The notes under the pieces are model-generated. The model searched no databases. It saw nothing but the letters and a program-made list of their open reading frames with translations, and was not told where the DNA came from. A stretch of DNA of 64,000 nt from the human T2T-CHM13v2.0 reference genome, Homo sapiens, in the NCBI RefSeq assembly GCF_009914755.1, contig NC_060926.1, one strand, 5' to 3'. A program made the translations under genes and the position numbers. This document shows, in pieces, positions 28,884 through 46,259 of the stretch. Positions within the stretch are counted from its first letter, which is position 1, and the number at the start of each line of letters is the position of its first letter.

Positions 28884-29287
28884 TGCGATGGTCAGTTCTA
28901 GTTGTCAGGTTGACTGTGCTAGTGCCCACAGTTACTCCCTCCAACACTAAGCTAGGCATTGCTGTGAAGGCATTTGTTAGACGTGATTAAGTCCATAATT
29001 GACTTTAAGTAAAGGGAAATTATCCTTGATAATCTGGGTGGGCCTGATTCAATACGTGGAAAAGCTTTCAGAGCTGAGCTAAGGCTTCTCTGAAGAAATT
29101 CCATCTGGGGACAACAGCTTTAGCTGTGCCCTAGAGCTCCAGCTTGCTCTTCCTGACAGCCTACCCTGGGAATGTTAGGCTTGCCTAGACCGCCCCCATA
29201 AATCAAGTAAGCCAAGTCCTTGCAATGTATCTCTTTATAGGTCTCTCCTACTGGTTCTGTTTCTCCTGTTGAAGCCTAACTGATACA
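28884..29287 (+). mobile_element. MLT2D-like ERVL LTR
   Basis: tgcgatggt...ttgtcaggttgactg...gactttaagtaaagggaaattatccttgataatctgggtgggcctgattcaat...ctactggttctgtttctc...actgataca. Confidence 0.85.
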
Positions 29288-29479
29288 CTAAAATCCAGCA
29301 GCCTCACTATCGGTATTTATAAACAAAAGGCAAATTAGCTAGCAGAAGAGCAATACCCCCCATAACAGAATATGTTAATGTCTCTAAGTGAAATATTAAG
29401 AGAAACTGAACTGAAAGGACAAAAAATGAAAACTAAGATGATATGAATTACCATAACTTAAGAGAGACTAAATTCTTAC

Positions 29480-29492
29480 CTTACAAAGACAC
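29480..29492 (-). other. Candidate 13-nt cryptic/poison microexon (GTGTCTTTGTAAG)
   Basis: Branch-point-like gctaac (29516-29511), acceptor ctttatttcag|, donor AAG|gtaaga; in-frame TAA after a phase-0 junction. Confidence 0.3.
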
Positions 29493-31090
29493 CTGAAATA
29501 AAGATCAGGGGTTAGCTACTGGTTAAACATCATTTATGTTAGGTCTAAGAAATATAATCGACACCACCCCCTTGGAAAACCTTCTGTCAAGAACTACGTC
29601 TGCTTAGGGATTAATGACCCGAGAAAAAACCTGGAAAGACACTCAAATGCACTGATTTTTGTGGAATGGAAACTCCATTCAGACTCACAAGATGTAATAT
29701 AGAAAATATTCCTAATATTCTAATTTCACTAAGATATCTGATTTTTTTCAACATACAAATGTATGCAAACATTTCAGAATAACTTTTAAATGTCACTACC
29801 AAGGGGGTTCCTTCATAAAAATTATTACTAACTGCCCTAAAGATACATTTGGTCTATTACTCAGCTTACAGTTCCTGGATAAATGGCAGCAATAGGCTCT
29901 CTGAAAAAGTAGGTCAATACATAGTCAATTTTCAGTGTGGTCTCTATTATCAAGGACCAAGTCAAGTCTATCACCTGCATAGAGAGAGATATATACATGA
30001 TATGCCTCTTCCATGTGAAAAAGGAGGCACAGAAATCAGTTGCTATCCTGTCCCCCAGCAGCAGAACTTCACAGTTCCTCACTGTTGATCAGAGTGTGAG
30101 TTTCAAATAGAAACATGTTTTTATTCTTCCTGGTTAGAAAATTAATTCAAATCCATATTATGGAATAGTATGTAGCCAGTAACAAGTATCAGAGACCATC
30201 AAAATATAACAAGTAGAAAAGGCTAATAGAGAACAGCATCCACCACTGTGTAAAAGAAAATGAGGAGAGGCACACATACACATTTCTAGATATGTTCGTA
30301 TATGCACATAGCATTTTGGGAAGCATTTACAGGATGTGGTAATGCCTACTGGGTTGGAGACTTTTTCACCATGTTGTACACTTCAAGGAGGCCCAATAAA
30401 TAACCCTCTCTCCTCCTATCACTAAACTAACTTAGAAATCAGACCAGTAAGCATAAAAGGATCAAAAATCACCCTTATTACTTATAAAGGTGATATCTGA
30501 GATTGTGGCTTAAACACTGAGTAAACAGCCTTTCTTTCTCAGTTGAGAAACTGATCTCTAGATTTCGAAGAGACTCCCCTAGGGCTCCCCAGCGATGTTA
30601 ATCAGCACATTCCTCCCTCACACCGGTGGTCCTCAGTGACCAAGGGTACCTCCCTGGGTGAGCAGGCCAGCTCCAGGAGAAAGTGAGGAAGACGGAGTGG
30701 GGCCACAGTTTTGTGCCTGATTTTTCCCTCCAAATTCACTAATCAGGTAAGTTCCTAGGCAAAGAGTGTCCTAGAATGTTTTGCTAAAGGAACATCAGGA
30801 GTGGAAAAGCAACATTCTCCCTGCCTTCTTCGTCCAGTAAAGGTTTTGCATCATTTGAATTTTTATCATTATGAGTTACACTGTCAGTCAAAACAGAAGT
30901 ATCTAAAAATTAAAAACATACTTCTTTTAAAAAACACAAACAACATGGAAGCAGATAAAACAGAAAGTATAAGTAACCACTTCCTGTTTCTAAACAAGGT
31001 ACAAAGATGTGACTTTCAATGGAAGGATAAGTTGCCTAATAACTTTTCAAGAACTAAAAAATGAAAAATATTTCTAAAACCTCAACATGA

Positions 31091-31458
<368 letters not shown>

Positions 31459-31769
31459 TAATATTTTATTTTTATGCAACAAATTCTGGAATGAAGACTC
31501 ACTGTTATAATAAGCTATTTGGTTTGGTCAATGAAACTGCCATTAAGTTTTTGAATGCATAGTAATGTAAAGATATGAGTTCATGTTTATTAATACTCTG
31601 CTTTTCCATTCCTCTCCGAGGTAGCTGAGTTTGTGTTCTTCTACATTCTGTCTACAGAATAATGGATACTGTTGTTTTTGTTAAGGTGGCATTTGCTACA
31701 AAATTCCAAAGATATTGAGAAAATGTTCTAGCATATAAGAAAATTTGGAAGTGGGAAAGCATGTATCCC

Positions 31770-31876
31770 GAAAGTAAGATGCAGTTACATCTGTTCTGTG
31801 TCCCTATATTTAGAGTATCCTGCATTTAGTAGGGACCAAAGATACATTTGTTGAATGAATGAATGAATGAATGAAT
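31770..31876 (+). mobile_element. L2 3' end with (GAAT)n tail
   Basis: tttgttgaatgaatgaatgaatgaatgaat. Confidence 0.65.
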
Positions 31877-32709
31877 AACAATTTTCTGCTCCCTGAAGAA
31901 GGTCTTGCCAGAGCAAACCTGCACCACAAGGAAACTTCTCCCCATCTTCCCTCATGCTTTCCCCTTAGAGAGGGATGTCAGGAGCTAGTGACATTGTATC
32001 CTAGAACTGCTGAAGGGATATGAAGAAAAAGAAAAGTAAAGAGGACTCCATTAGTTTCTGAAACCCTTTAGTTCCCCATATCCAACATAACTGAAACTCG
32101 AGCAGTCAACAGAAAACCTTGCTCTGAAACTGTTCACCTCTGTGAACCAGCACTCAACACAGACACTACTAGTGCACAACAGGTACCGTAGAAATATTAG
32201 TTGAACAAGTCAAATAAATACCCTAGGCTAAAACGTAAGACACAGGAACATTCTGGGCCAAGAGTCTCACCCTGAGACTCAAAGGCATTTTACCATGTCC
32301 TCAGAAAACAACCATCTTTTGCCATCACCGGCCTTTTCGCTGTGGGGATGTGGTTAATAGTGATGAGTATAGGGAGGCTGAGGGGCTTAATTTATTCCAT
32401 CTGCTTAAGCAAAGTAGCAGCTGGTGTCAAGAAAACTCTGGGCCTTCCTCTAAGTATCTTGAAGATACTGCGAGGAAAGGCATGGTTCTAAACGCCAAAT
32501 AATGACAGAGCTGATGATCAAAATAGATGGGCCCATCTGCCTCTGAGATGACATATTAACATCCTATCGTGCTGGGAATAATTCAAAGAAGCAAACAGAC
32601 CCATGTTGGTTCACTAAAATCATTTTCCCCTTGTAATCAACTCATTTCACTATCATGCTGTCTGCAAAGGGCAGAGACTTCAGATGTGAGGATAGAAACA
32701 CAAACAGGT

Positions 32710-32710
<1 letters not shown>

Positions 32711-32742
<32 letters not shown>
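32711..32742. repeat. (CA)16 microsatellite
   Basis: Perfect CA run read directly. Confidence 0.98.
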
Positions 32743-32744
<2 letters not shown>

Positions 32745-33244
32745 ATACAGCACAGACTTAAACTCTGGTTTGAAAGACTGAAGGGTCTGATTCCAGCACA
32801 AGTTTAAATTGATAGGAAAGAAGAGCCAATGACTGCATCACAAGGTCCCTATGCAGAAACATGCCTCACATTTAAACTTCTACTCCATCTCCACAGCTCA
32901 CTCCACCCAAGTTATCTTCTCATGTCTCTCTCATTCAAAACTCACAAAAATATAAGGAGACAAGGAATCCCCTGAATTCCCATTGGAGGCTAGAGCCTCT
33001 GAGGGAGATGAGATAGGAACTGCCAGAAAGCTGCCCCAAGTCCTGGTGGGACAGTGTTGTCATCACACAAACTGTTTAGCTGTGGTGTCAGATTCCTCAG
33101 TTATTGGGTCAGAAAGGCAGAAAGATTATCACCCTATGTGCAGAAAGACTGACAGGTGTGACACGCTGACGTTGTGTGTCAAAATGAGAGAAAAACAGAC
33201 CTTCAACTTTCTCTTCTTCTTGGCTACTACATTCATTTTTGTTA

Positions 33245-33640
33245 CCTTTTTTTTAATGAAAATGTTCATAAATGCATAAGGTGAAAATAGGATAACAAAC
33301 CTCTTTTACTCACCTTCAACATTATCAACATTTTGCCAATCTGATTTTATCTATACATTCCAACTCTTTTGCTTCAGTATTTTTAAACTAAATCCCAAAC
33401 ATGGTATCATTTTACCTGTAAATACTTCAGTATGCTTCTCTGATAAGGACATTTAAAAACATGATCACAATATCATTTTCCCAAAGAACAAAATCACCAA
33501 TAATTCCTTAGAATCTAATATCAGTCTACGTTCAATTTTGTCCTACTGTCTCAAAAATGACTTTTTCAGTTTACTTATTCAAAACTGGATCCCCCCAAAA
33601 TCCAAATGTGGTCCACACTCTGAAATCTATAACCATTGTT
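33245..33640 (-). mobile_element. L1MC-type 3' fragment
   Basis: aacattttgccaatct...aaatcccaaacat...aaatacttcagtatg...aataattcctta...ctgtctcaaaaatg. Confidence 0.7.
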
Positions 33641-34798
33641 GTCAGGGTCTCTCTTAGAGCCATCATATCCACTTAAACAAGCTCCGATTTAGATGCTGCT
33701 GTTTCAGCCAAAAGGACAGAGTAGGAACGTCAGTGTTTTCCTATTGCTAACAGAGAACACCATCTTCACAGGGATCAGACACCTGTTCCTTACATCATCA
33801 GGACAATTCTCAGTCCTCAAGGAAAGCAATAATGGAAGCTCCACTGTAAAAATGCTCCAGACAGGAGTTTTATCTCAGGGGCAATGTCTCAACTGTGATC
33901 AAATTCAATACTAAAAAGGGCCATAAATTCTATCTTGTTAATTCATTTCATACTAACAGAAGACTGCTAGAGCAGCAAAATAAATAACACAGATTTACCT
34001 GTAAATGGTTCTCAAAGACTATGTATTCTAATTCATCTATTTTCCTAACAAGGGCCAGCCACTGATTTTAAAAACAAACAAGAAATAACATAGCTGTATA
34101 TGTATATTCTCACACAGTGAATAAAGATAAAATACCGTTTAAAAAATTCAAGCTTCAGAATCCATGGTAAGATAGAGGAGAACAGGTATTGAGAAAAACT
34201 GAGTTTCACAAGTAACCCAGGTCACACTGCAGGACCTAAGCTTCTTTATCTAAGGATCTAATCCTCTCATCACATCTGCTCATCGTTAGTAAAACTAGGT
34301 ATATTTGAGTACCATCATTTTTTTTTCTTTTTCTACCTAATCCCAATAAGAGTCCAATGGCCGCATTGTAGATGGCTAAAAGCAGAAGGGCAAAAGGCAC
34401 TCAGAAAATTCAGAACACGGAAGAGAATCAGTTCTTGAGTTAAGAGGCTGTGTGCAGGCTACGCACTCCCAGGGTACGGAATCTTTCGCACACAATGTTC
34501 TCAGCTGTCACTCCCGTGGTTGGACACACATGTTTCTCTCTCCAGGCCACCCTCTCCTGTGATTTGCAGACATGCATATTGGTCTCCTGTGCATCTCCCC
34601 CTGGAAGCCCTGCAAGAATCTCTCGCTCAACACATTCAGAATGTTCAGCATCTTTCCCAGGAAATGTTTCCTCCCATCTTCCAAACAGTCTGTAAGTCAG
34701 AAAGCAGGGAGTCAGTCTGAGCTTTTCCATAAAGCTCTCCTTATCCTTCACCATCTTCTCAAACTCCCATTCCCATGAAAACCTTTCAAGACCTAAGC

Positions 34799-35147
34799 TG
34801 TACTAGTCCATTCTCATACTGCTATGAAGAAATACCCAAGACTGGGTAACTCATAAAGAAAAAGAGGTTTAATGGACTCACAGTTTCACATGGCTAGGGA
34901 GGCCTCACAATCATGGCAGAAGGCGTGGGAGGAGCTAAAGCAACATCTTACATGGCAGCAGGCACATGAGCATGTGCAAGGGAACTGCCCTTTATAAAAC
35001 CATCAGATCTCATGAGACTTATTCACTGTCACAAGAACAGCATGGGAAAACCCGCCCCCATGATTCAACTACCTCCCAACGGGTCCCCATGGATTATGGG
35101 AGCTACAATTCAAGATGAGATTTGGGTGGGGACACAGCCAAACCATA
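34799..35147 (-). mobile_element. THE1B/C solo LTR, sense to STK39
   Basis: tgtactagtccattctcatactgctatgaagaaatacccaagactggg...gagatttgggtggggacacagccaaaccata. Confidence 0.93.
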
Positions 35148-37092
35148 AGTCATGTCAACCCTGCCTCCTAAATATCTCTTCTACCTATTCTCTGCCTGCT
35201 CTGCCTTTGTTCCCACCTATCCTCACTTGCACAGCACAGTCTGCCAACTACCAGTCCACCAACCTGACCCCTGCTTCCAGTCTTATCCCTCTAAACCACA
35301 ACACACTGCCACACTGCTGCCTCAGAGCTCTCTCTAAAGGCAAACTGGTCGCTGCATGTCTCTACTGAAATTCTTATCACAGCTCCTCATTTGTGGGTGG
35401 TGGGGGGAAAGCCCAATCTCCTCATCAAGACACAGGGACACTTTTTGCTCTGGCTCCTGCCCACCTCTGCATATCTTCCCTCTATTTCAATCACACAAAC
35501 AATTACTCTCCAACACATTTGCAAGTACTTGCCCATGCTGGTCCCTCCACCTGAGATGGGCCTCCTTGCCTCTAGGGAAGGAAGACTACCACATATCTTA
35601 CACAGGACAACTATAGGACCAAGTCCTTCACAGGGTCCTCCCCAGCCCTCCCCAGCATGCTGTGCGCCATTCCAACCCAGCATTCATCCTGATGCTCAGT
35701 GGTTGTTTCCAGGCCAAGTCCTCCCCTGATCTGTGGGGACCACTACCTTCCCAGTCATCCAGGCTCAAATTCACACTGCCAACTTTCATTCTTCTCTTGG
35801 GTTACTTACAGAGTGAGTCTTATCTCTGTAGCCTCGACACAGTCCTGGTACTTGATATATGAACAATAAATGTGCACCAAATGAAAAGTTGTCTTTGTGC
35901 ATTTTCAATATTTTTCTCCCCCTCCACACTGAACTTTTGAATAGACACAGGTCTCCACTGACCTCAGAAGCCTCTGCACATCCCAAGCTATGTGTGTCTT
36001 CCTGCCCTTTACAACCAAACTTTGAAAAATCACCCACTTGCACTTCTTCATCCATTCACTCATTAATTCTGACTGTCCAACTTTTTCTCTTACTATGAAA
36101 AACAAGCTAAATCCAATGTCCTTTTGTGAGTCTTCATTTTCCTTCACCTCTCTGCAGCATTCAGAACTGCTGACCACCTTCACCTTCCTGGTTCCTGGGA
36201 CAGCACTTTCTTTTCCTCCTCTCATAGTTCTCTGCATCCTCCACTTGTTCCTGTGACTGTTCCCCCAGGACTCCCCAGGGCTCCTTTGTTCTCTCTGTCA
36301 TGTCCTCTGTGGCAATCTTATTACATGGCTTCCACAATCACCTCCATTGAGAAGACACCTTCAAACGGAAATCCCAATGGAACTTCCAACTCAAATGCGT
36401 CCTAATGAACTCCTGATCTTCCCTGCAAACCAGGCCCCCTCCAGTTCCCACCAGTTTCAGAAAAGGTACTACCATCCTCCTATTCATACTGCCTCAAATC
36501 CTTCCAGTTGTCTTCCCCCTTCTGTTTTGCCTTCCATGTCCAATCACTTACTAGGCTATGCCAAGTCTAGCACTTCAATGTCACTTGTCCCCTGTCCTAT
36601 GCCTCTGCCACAGTTCTAGTACAGACCCCCATCACCTCAGGCCTAGCTGTCTTTAACAGCTTCTTCCAGCCTGATCTCCTCCTTCAAACTGTCCTCTACT
36701 GTTCACTCCTGAGCCAACTTCTACAGTTGCTTCTCTGCCTACAAGGCACCTGTCATGGGCTCCTTACAGCTCACAGCACCGCATCCCAACCCCATGGCTT
36801 AAGATCTAAGGCTTCCACACTCTGGACTCGATCCAGCTTTACAACCTAACTTCCTACTGCATTTTTTCATGCAAGCTTTATTCTAGCCCAGTTCTCAAAT
36901 ATGCTTGATCATAAAATTCACCTAGGTCATGTGTTAAAAATGCAGATTTCTGAGTTCTACCCAACACTCACTAAGGAAAGACCTCCAAAGAGGTCTAAAG
37001 AACAATCTTCAATTCTCTGATTCAATGATCTACAATTAGTCTCCCAGAACACTTTTTTTCCCCTTCAATCACAAATAAAATTGTGGCATTGA

Positions 37093-37344
<252 letters not shown>

Positions 37345-39003
37345 TAATCACCAAACTTCCTCAGAAATCACCTATGACCTTCCTATATACATAAATGTCT
37401 ACCAAGATGACGACTATGCTTTGCTTTTCTTTTGTTGAAAGACAAATCCCCAATTATGTTGACAATGAAATAAGAAAATCAATTTAGAATCTGGGACTAA
37501 GGATCTTAAATCAATAGGTGTTATTTTCCCAAGAAAAATAACTGAAGCAGAAACCTTAATATCCATATGCCTATTGCATTTTAAAAAGCATTAATTATAA
37601 TATCTATATAATTGCTAAACATAGGGTTACAGTGTTCAGGTTCATGTAGTTTTATATTTTCATACCACACACACAAATATATGTTTTTGCAATCTAACTG
37701 CATTACCTATTTTAAGTTATATTGGCTGAGATTTTTTTTTCAATTTAAAATTGATTCGTGTTTATTACAGAGAATTTAGAAAATAAAGACTAGAACAAGG
37801 ATGTGATTAGAATCCTTCCACTGGGTGACAGTACAGCACAGTGTTTACCAACAAAAGGCCTCTGCATGAGACTTTGACACTAAGTTCCAACCTGACTGCT
37901 TGCTAGTCATCATGACTTAACCACGAAGTCTCAGTCTCTTCACCTGTAACACACGGTGATAATACCTACCTCATCAGGTTATTATGCAGATAAATGAGAT
38001 CATGTGGGTGAAACAGTCCAGTACCCACAACTTAGTATGTGTTCAACAATTGCTGATTTGTACTGAATTCTACCCTGGAAAAACAAAACCCAGGTGTCTC
38101 CTCAGCTTCAAAAACTCTCAGGGAATGAATCCCTGTGTCCTACACCCAAGTATGTGGAATTTAAGAACCTGCTGTGGACCTACCTATTTTCTTAGAAATA
38201 TGCAGCTGAATATAACCATTTTTGGATATTTGAGATCATTATGTACTCTATGATAAGTGAATGGATGAAGACATCAGGCCACAATTTTTCCCTAAGCTCT
38301 CCATACAGGAAGAAAAATGTAGCATTCAGGTCATAATGGTATAATGAGATTTGAAGTATTAATGATATAATGTCTGAGTTAAAGATAAACTTCCTTATGA
38401 AACTTGTTCCATATTTATATTCTGAATTATACTGTTATAAATAGATAGGCTAAATCAATAAGCATAGAAAAAAAAACCTGCCTTTCAATGCGTATAAACG
38501 TGCCCAAAATACTATAGGGGAGAGAAGAAAACGCTATTAATTTACTGTTCTATGGCCCTTTCTTAACACATACTACTATGGGTCCTTGTCCTACTAAACT
38601 TCATTTCCTAGCACAACCCAGGGTTAAAGTTGGCAAGTACCACCAAGTATATCACTTTTACCAACACTCTGAAACAATTCAGGCAATACACCACACTTGG
38701 AGATGACTGCTTTGAAAATGCCAGAGTTCTACTACATCATGGCTGTTTTTTAGTCACTCAAATCCTTTAATATTTCAGACAGATGTGGTATGTAAAGTGC
38801 CCCTTGTGCAAATGCACAGTTGACTGTATTTGTTCATGTATCCATTTTACCAAGTCTTAGGCATTGCCACACCTTTTCATGGAGGAGCCCACCTCATTTA
38901 GGTTCTACAGGGGAGGACTTTATCTGACTTGCTCATCCCTGAATCCCCAGCACCTGGCTCACTAACTGGCCCATTCCAGGTGTTCAACTGAGACTAGTAG
39001 AAT

Positions 39004-39325
39004 GGCTGGGCATGGTGGTTCACACCTGTAATCCCAGTACTTTGGGAGGATGAGGCAGGAGAATGGCTTGAGGCAAGGAGATTGAGACACACCTGAGCAA
39101 CACAGCCAGACCTCATCTCCCCCCACACCCCATCCCACACACATAATTAGCCGTGCATGATGGTGCATGCCTGTAGTCCCAGTTACTCAGAAGGCTCAGG
39201 TGGGAGGATCCCTTGAGGCCAGGAGTGCACGCTTCAGTGAGCTATGATCATGCCACTGCATTCCAGCCTGCGTGACAGAGCAAAATCCTGTCTCAAAAAC
39301 AAAACAAAAAAAAAGAAGACGAAGA
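39004..39325 (+). mobile_element. AluJ
   Basis: gtgagctatgatcatgccactgca; TSD agactagt(a/g)gaat; C-rich altered linker. Confidence 0.92.
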
Positions 39326-40299
39326 AGACTAGTGGAATAAACGGAATCAACTATTACATGCTTGAATTTATCCAAGTATATCATGTGATTGTTATAGAAC
39401 ATTTGACTGAATCACAGCCTTTAAAGGAACTAAAAGGTAAAAATATTTAGCAGTTATTAAATACTTCCTGTGTGCTTTTAATTTTACAAGAGCCACACAA
39501 ATAGGTATTACAGATAGAGTCTGTAAAACAGAGTCTAATAGAAGCTAAATGATTTTCTAGAAGCCTCATAGCAAACGAACACTAACCCTTTCTTAGAAAT
39601 CATATGGGGTAAGTGAAACAACTGTGTAAAACAATACTAAGTAATCACTAGATTTACTCTTCTTTATCATTCTTCTTTAGTCAAATATGCAATCTGGAAT
39701 AGCGCCTAGCTAGTGCCTAGCATATTTTCGGCACCCAAGAAATATTTGAGGATTTTTAAAATCAAGTGCACATGTACTTTTAATAATCAAATATCTGTTG
39801 CATGGGAAGGGGGTGAGAGAAGACAACTGCAAGTGCCCATATTCTCCTTCAAGGTCAGCACAATCGTTTTATACTAGCGTCCTTTACTTCCCTCTAAAGG
39901 AAGATGAGAAATCCATATCACAAGGTGGTTTTATACCTATTGCACTTTACCATATGCTACCCTGGCCAGCTTCTTACAGCAACAAAAGAGCGGCCCCACT
40001 GCCTCCCAGATGCTGAACGTGATCAGTTATTGCACCACGTATGCCTGACTGGGATACGGTCAAAGCCACAATGTCAAGTGCAGCCCAATAAGCATCCGTG
40101 ACACCCTATTGACAGGGGCTGCTTGTCCTGCCTCTCCCACACCTCCATCTGAACTGTGCTATCCCCTGCTTTTATTTTCTGCTCCCATTTTTGCCATCTG
40201 CAGCTGACTGTTGTCACTCTGCTACCAAACTCTGGGGCTCCTTTCCTCCTTTCTTTTCTTGTCTCCTCTTCCTAACATTGCCTTTAAGTCAAAAAGTGA

Positions 40300-40836
40300 C
40301 GGCATAAGATTGTGTTTTTCAAAATAATAAAAAAAAAATCCCATCTCACACACTCTTCCAACTATGTATTAATATTATTGACACTCTACTACTGATGGGT
40401 AGAACCTATTGTTCCCTCCCCGCCAATCTGGCGAAGCCTGTAACAACACCAGAAGTGGAGCTACGTGGCTTCCAAGGCTCCGTCATACCAGGCCATAGAG
40501 CATTGCCTGGTCTCCTTAGGAAGCTCACTCTTGGAATCCAGTGACTACACTGTAAGGAGGAGAGATCATGTGGAGAGGTCAGGTGTAGGTGTCCAGCTGA
40601 CATCTCAGCTGAGGTCCCAGCAAATGGCTATCTACAATTGCCTCCAGCCATGTGAGTGGCAAGCCTTGAGAAGCCACCAGTCACTCACAGGTACAACGCC
40701 ATGAGAGAGCCCATGCAAAGGCTGCCCAGCTCAGCCCAGCCAAGCCCCAGAACCAAGAGAGACAATAATAAAATGGCTGTTGCTGAGCTAAGCCAATAAG
40801 TGATGGGGTGATTCATTATGCAGCAATAGATAATGA
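40300..40836 (+). mobile_element. MLT1G/H-type LTR
   Basis: gctcactcttggaatccag...ctgcccagctcagcccagccaa...gttgctg...ttatgcagcaatagataa. Confidence 0.7.
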
Positions 40837-41977
40837 TCATCAATAGTGAACTAATACATCAGAGTGTTTCTTAACATCTAGAGAGCGAAATCACCAATCC
40901 AAACACAAAAGGGGTTGTTAGGTTGAAGAGTTAACTTCTTTGTTAGCTTTTTATTAATGTTTATTACCAAGTGGCTACTTTTATGGTCCCAAGAAGAGTC
41001 CTATGGCTTCATTCCCTAACTACTTCTAAGAAAAGAAAGCTATTCTGGAAACCTGGGTATTCCTGACATCTAGTTATCAGAAAGCTTAAATTTTACCATA
41101 GTATTTGTCAATAACCTCAGCTGTACCTATAGGGGACCAAACTTTTGACAATGTAAGTTAAACATACATGTTTTTCAGGTTGTGACAATTCATACACTTC
41201 TTAACACCAGTTTAGAGAAAATTAATATAATTCAAGTTATACAAAATCTTGTCAGTTTCACTGAATTGAGAATACCAGGTTGATACTGACCTTCAGAATT
41301 TCTTCATGTCACAATAATTTGGCAATGCCCATGTGCAGTGAACAAAAAAGCATGTTTTTAGCAGCATAACAAAAACATACCAGAAAAAAACCATAATAGG
41401 AGACCCAAATTTCACTTCATAGCAACAATGCAATTTCAAAAAGTTATGCCAGGCTTGCTACTGAGAAAACTCAAGAGACAAGAGTCTCCATTGCTTTTGA
41501 AATGGAGACCCATCTGTCCAGCCTATTTCAAGTGGAACAATTTGAAAGTCAAAGGGCCAAAGACAGGCCACATGGGGAAAAAAAGGAAAAAAGCAAAATG
41601 CCTGGGTAATTCTTAGATGGGCTAATAAGTATCTCAAAAGTCAATAGCAGGCAGGGCCACGAATCAATTTTTCATACAGTTTATCATGGCTAATTACAAG
41701 TTTTGCAGACTATTTCAAGGTTTATATTGCACTCACAATTGGGAAACTTGAAAATCATTACAGCAGAAAGGCTCAAGACCAAAGGAAGGCCAATCAAAGT
41801 CAAAACGATGGAGGGTCACATTCGAAAAAAAAGTAGATGCCTTGCCAGCCTTTGTAACTGTGCTGCTGGGGGAGAGCGTGCAGATTTAGACTGCAGGGGA
41901 TCTGGGTTCTAGTTTAGCCAAAGGTAACCACATGATCAGGATACGTCATTTTACCTCTCTGAGCCTCAGTGTCTTCA

Positions 41978-42933
<956 letters not shown>

Positions 42934-43016
42934 GCCTACATTTGAGAGCTTACTTGGTATACTACTTACTGCACTACACTAAGAACTGTGCTATGTTTTT
43001 AAAAAATATATACATT

Positions 43017-43958
<942 letters not shown>

Positions 43959-44166
43959 CTTGCATGATCTTATGAGGTAAAAACCAATCCGTATTCCTGT
44001 TTGGTATACAAGGAAACTGGATTGGAAAGGTTCAGTGACTGATTAAAGATAAAAGTCATATGCAGATTCTGCACTCTCCAGAGCCCATTTCAATGCACAA
44101 CTACAAGGTCTCACAAATTCTGAGAAGGCTGTACAAGCCAGCCCTTCAAGATTCTTCCAGCTATGA

Positions 44167-44625
<459 letters not shown>

Positions 44626-46259
44626 TCACACTGGCTCAGGGTCACATCTGAGGTCTACCTTGAGCAAGTATACTGAACTTAATATTTTGGCTGCACCAGA
44701 AAAAATCACCCATATTCAAGCATTCTGGACTGCTGATGATGACAATTTCATGTTTCATGTGTATTTCATAAACTAATCTCACTCCTGGCTTTCTATTTAC
44801 TTTCTTATCCTTATGTTCCTTTACCTTCCTTTTTGCATTTATCAAATAAATTTTACCCAGCTACACTGTTTGCATCTTTGTAAGCCATCTCAAATCTTTT
44901 CTGAAATAGAGTAGTAAAGAAATAAACACATCAAAATGTTTTCAAGTAGGCTTCAAAATAGCCCACAGCTGCGGACCCTTTCATTAGACTGTGTATTTTC
45001 CTAAGCAAACTATTCTCCAAGAAACAGAAAACATTGCCCTTCTTTGTACCTTAGTAGGAGGGAAAATGCTTTTATATTCTAAATTACACAAGCGTTCCAA
45101 AATAATTTGGGGAAAGAGAAAGATAGTTAGGGCCCAGCAGGATAAAGGAAGAAAGCAATGATTCTTTGCACATTCATGAATACATGGAAAGGTTATTTCT
45201 CTTAGACTATCTCTTTAACATTTTTTTTCTTTTATATATGTGTAAGATTTCTCAACACTTTTTGATGGCTGAGTGGTTGGTACCGGAGGCTATGAATACC
45301 AATTTGAATTTGACAGCTTCCTAAGAAAAAGGCTCAACATTTCTGTAAACTTTCTTCTCTTTCATAATTACTTATTTAGATCTCACAATCTGTGTATCCA
45401 CACTTTAAAACAGTTCTTTCATTTCTAAGACTTTAACTTATCTAAAGAGTTAGGCACTAATGCCAAAAGTTGTATTCACTCAGACAAAAAACTATAAACC
45501 ACAAATGTCAATCAGTTCAGCACTGGTTGAACTATGGTATGTGCATAGAAACAGCTACCATATAGCCATTAAGAATTATATAAAACCACACCAGCCGACA
45601 TGGGGAAAGGTCTAAGAAAAGCAAGGTACCCAATAGTCAGAATAGTATAAGGTCACGTGTAAAACTGTGCACACCTATCTGGGGATATATATGTACATAC
45701 ATTCATAAAGAGATGGCTGAAAGGATGTGTAATGAAACACTAAGAGTAATTATTCCTGGATGGCAGTATTTGAGGGAAGGTTTACATATCTGAGCACTTT
45801 TATTTACCAGTTGATTTTTTCTCATAATAAGTATTATTTTTACCAGAAGAATAAATCTATTTTCCTCTAATCATTAGGAAAAAAAATCCCACAACATGCA
45901 AAACACTGGCCTAGTCATCAAGCAGGAACTCACAACGAGAAAAAGACATTGCCAAAGAAATCATTATTGCAAGTAGTATAAGATTGTCAAAGTGAGTACA
46001 GTGTGAATACACCACAAAAATTCAGAAAAGAAAAGCAACAGGAACTGTGAAGGTGTGAGCCCATAGGGGGAGTTACATGTGTGTATGTATGTGTGTTCAC
46101 CTGCACATGCTTAGGGGTGGGTAGGATAGAAGGTATAGAATGGAATGGAACGAAAGAATATTTTCAGAAAATGAGTGTAGGGGTAAAAATCTACATCATG
46201 TTTTCCAGGGCCACTAATTAGGGCTTCATTGTAGCTGAAGCTTACCATTCTGATTGGTG

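Noticed and set aside
33990-34010. Other AG|GTAA juxtapositions on the gene strand (about 33415, 33998, 50820, 53098, 53531)
   Set aside because: They lack a substantial polypyrimidine tract and occur at about chance frequency.
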